A stretch of DNA of 64,000 nucleotides from an uncultured Verrucomicrobiae bacterium (lineage in GTDB: Bacteria; Verrucomicrobiota; Verrucomicrobiia; Chthoniobacterales; JAFAMB01), in NCBI GenBank assembly GCA_963813025.1, contig CAWEXO010000011.1:672001-736000 (forward strand). The letters are read 5' to 3'. A model generated the notes under the pieces. The model saw only the letters and a list, made by a program, of their open reading frames with translations. It had not been told where the DNA came from and made no database searches. Both the position numbers and the translations under genes were made by a program. Position 1 is the stretch's first letter; each line of letters opens with the position of its first letter. Positions 63,146 through 64,000 of the stretch are shown here, in pieces.

Positions 63146-63664
63146 CTAGGGAGTTCTCAGCGATTGGAGCCATCGCCGCATCATGTTGGTTTCAGTCCCT
63201 ACGGGGCCGGTATTAGGTCCCCGAGACGCCCGGGAGCCGGTATCAACCAGCCGCTGCGAACCGCTGGCCACGATGCGACCGGATGGATCTCGGAGCACAT
63301 AATCAAACGCTAGCCTGGCGGGGGTTCTAGTTCGAACAACTCTCACCGATTGCGGTCCGGTTGTCCGCCGGCCCGCGAGATCGATATTCGTGAAGCGAAG
63401 GTCAAGCGTATGAGCCGGAAATCGCCTGGCCATCACGGGTAGGAGCGCGCTGGTGACGTTCTGGGTAAAAACCGTCGACGAATGTTGGAAATCGCGATTG
63501 TTGATACGAAAGTCAGTAAATCTTCCTGGATCAACATAATCGATGGTCACCACCGCGGGAGCAGAAGGGGTGCCAGGCGCGGCGGTCCGAGTGGTGGTGG
63601 AGGTGCAACCGAAGTTACTAATGATCAACGCGAACGCGCCTATCGCGACTAATGATAGTTTCAT
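63146..63664 (-). CDS. DUF3016-like lipoprotein
   Basis: Lipobox NFGC; YVDPGRFTDF, FTNIDLAG, VRVVR..PARLAFDY, MMRRW. Confidence 0.7.
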   Translation of the reverse strand: MKLSLVAIGAFALIISNFGCTSTTTRTAAPGTPSAPAVVTIDYVDPGRFTDFRINNRDFQHSSTVFTQNVTSALLPVMARRFPAHTLDLRFTNIDLAGRRTTGPQSVRVVRTRTPARLAFDYVLRDPSGRIVASGSQRLVDTGSRASRGPNTGPVGTETNMMRRWLQSLRTP

Positions 63665-64000
63665 AACACACTGACTATCTTTTGCTAATAATTCGGTTCC
63701 AGTTTGCCTGCCAGCAGTAGCCCACCGCGATCGGGCTAACACGCGGATTGCTGCAACAGGCGCACAAAGAGTCGATCGTTTCACAGAGGGTTGGCCGGCC
63801 AGTCAGCCCGAATAGTTACAGCGTGTGCCCGGCCAAGCAAGAAAATACTGGTATCATCTGCTCACCTTAACTCCGTTTGGCTGAAAGCGCTAAATTACCT
63901 CGGTGACAAAATAGACGATGTCCGATTCTTTTTCGGCATTATCTGCGCCATTGGTTTCTTTGATCTTCACGAAGCCTCTGGACTCATAGAATTCACGGGC

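Noticed and set aside
1..64000. tRNA, rRNA, riboswitch or prophage genes
   Set aside because: None recognisable by eye; a tRNAscan/Infernal run would be needed to exclude them

Overview
This 64 kb window is GC-rich bacterial chromosome, probably Verrucomicrobiota (Chthoniobacterales-like; inferred from gene style, not proven). It looks like an imperfectly polished long-read assembly, because essential genes (recA, dnaE) carry single-base indels. Housekeeping genes include thiD, apaG, alaS, recA, dnaE, a DEAD-box helicase, ispH, an lpxL-like acyltransferase, oppA, secG, trxB, cynS and two hsp20 genes. Transport genes include a NodIJ-like ABC pair, an MFS and an MFP with two RND permeases. There is also a putative surface-glycosylation locus (GT2, methyltransferase and three paralogous GT-C-like membrane proteins) and four IS elements (2x IS110, IS630, decayed IS256). 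Intergenic DNA holds several families of REP/MITE-like repeats. The highlight is a complete 1,325 bp IS621-like IS110 bridge-recombinase element at 61730-63054. Both CT cores, the donor junction, the circle-junction sigma70 promoter and all four guide segments of its bridge RNA can be read from the sequence. Its target guides match a host GTAG-type REP family, it sits in one copy of that family, and unoccupied near-identical sites lie elsewhere in the window. Other notable items are a MITE-like relic of a four-helix-bundle gene flanked by inverted hexamer arrays (one copy hit by IS630), a ~940 bp near-identical tract shared by two otherwise diverged RND paralogs, and a sigma54/IHF/UAS promoter for the hsp20 pair.
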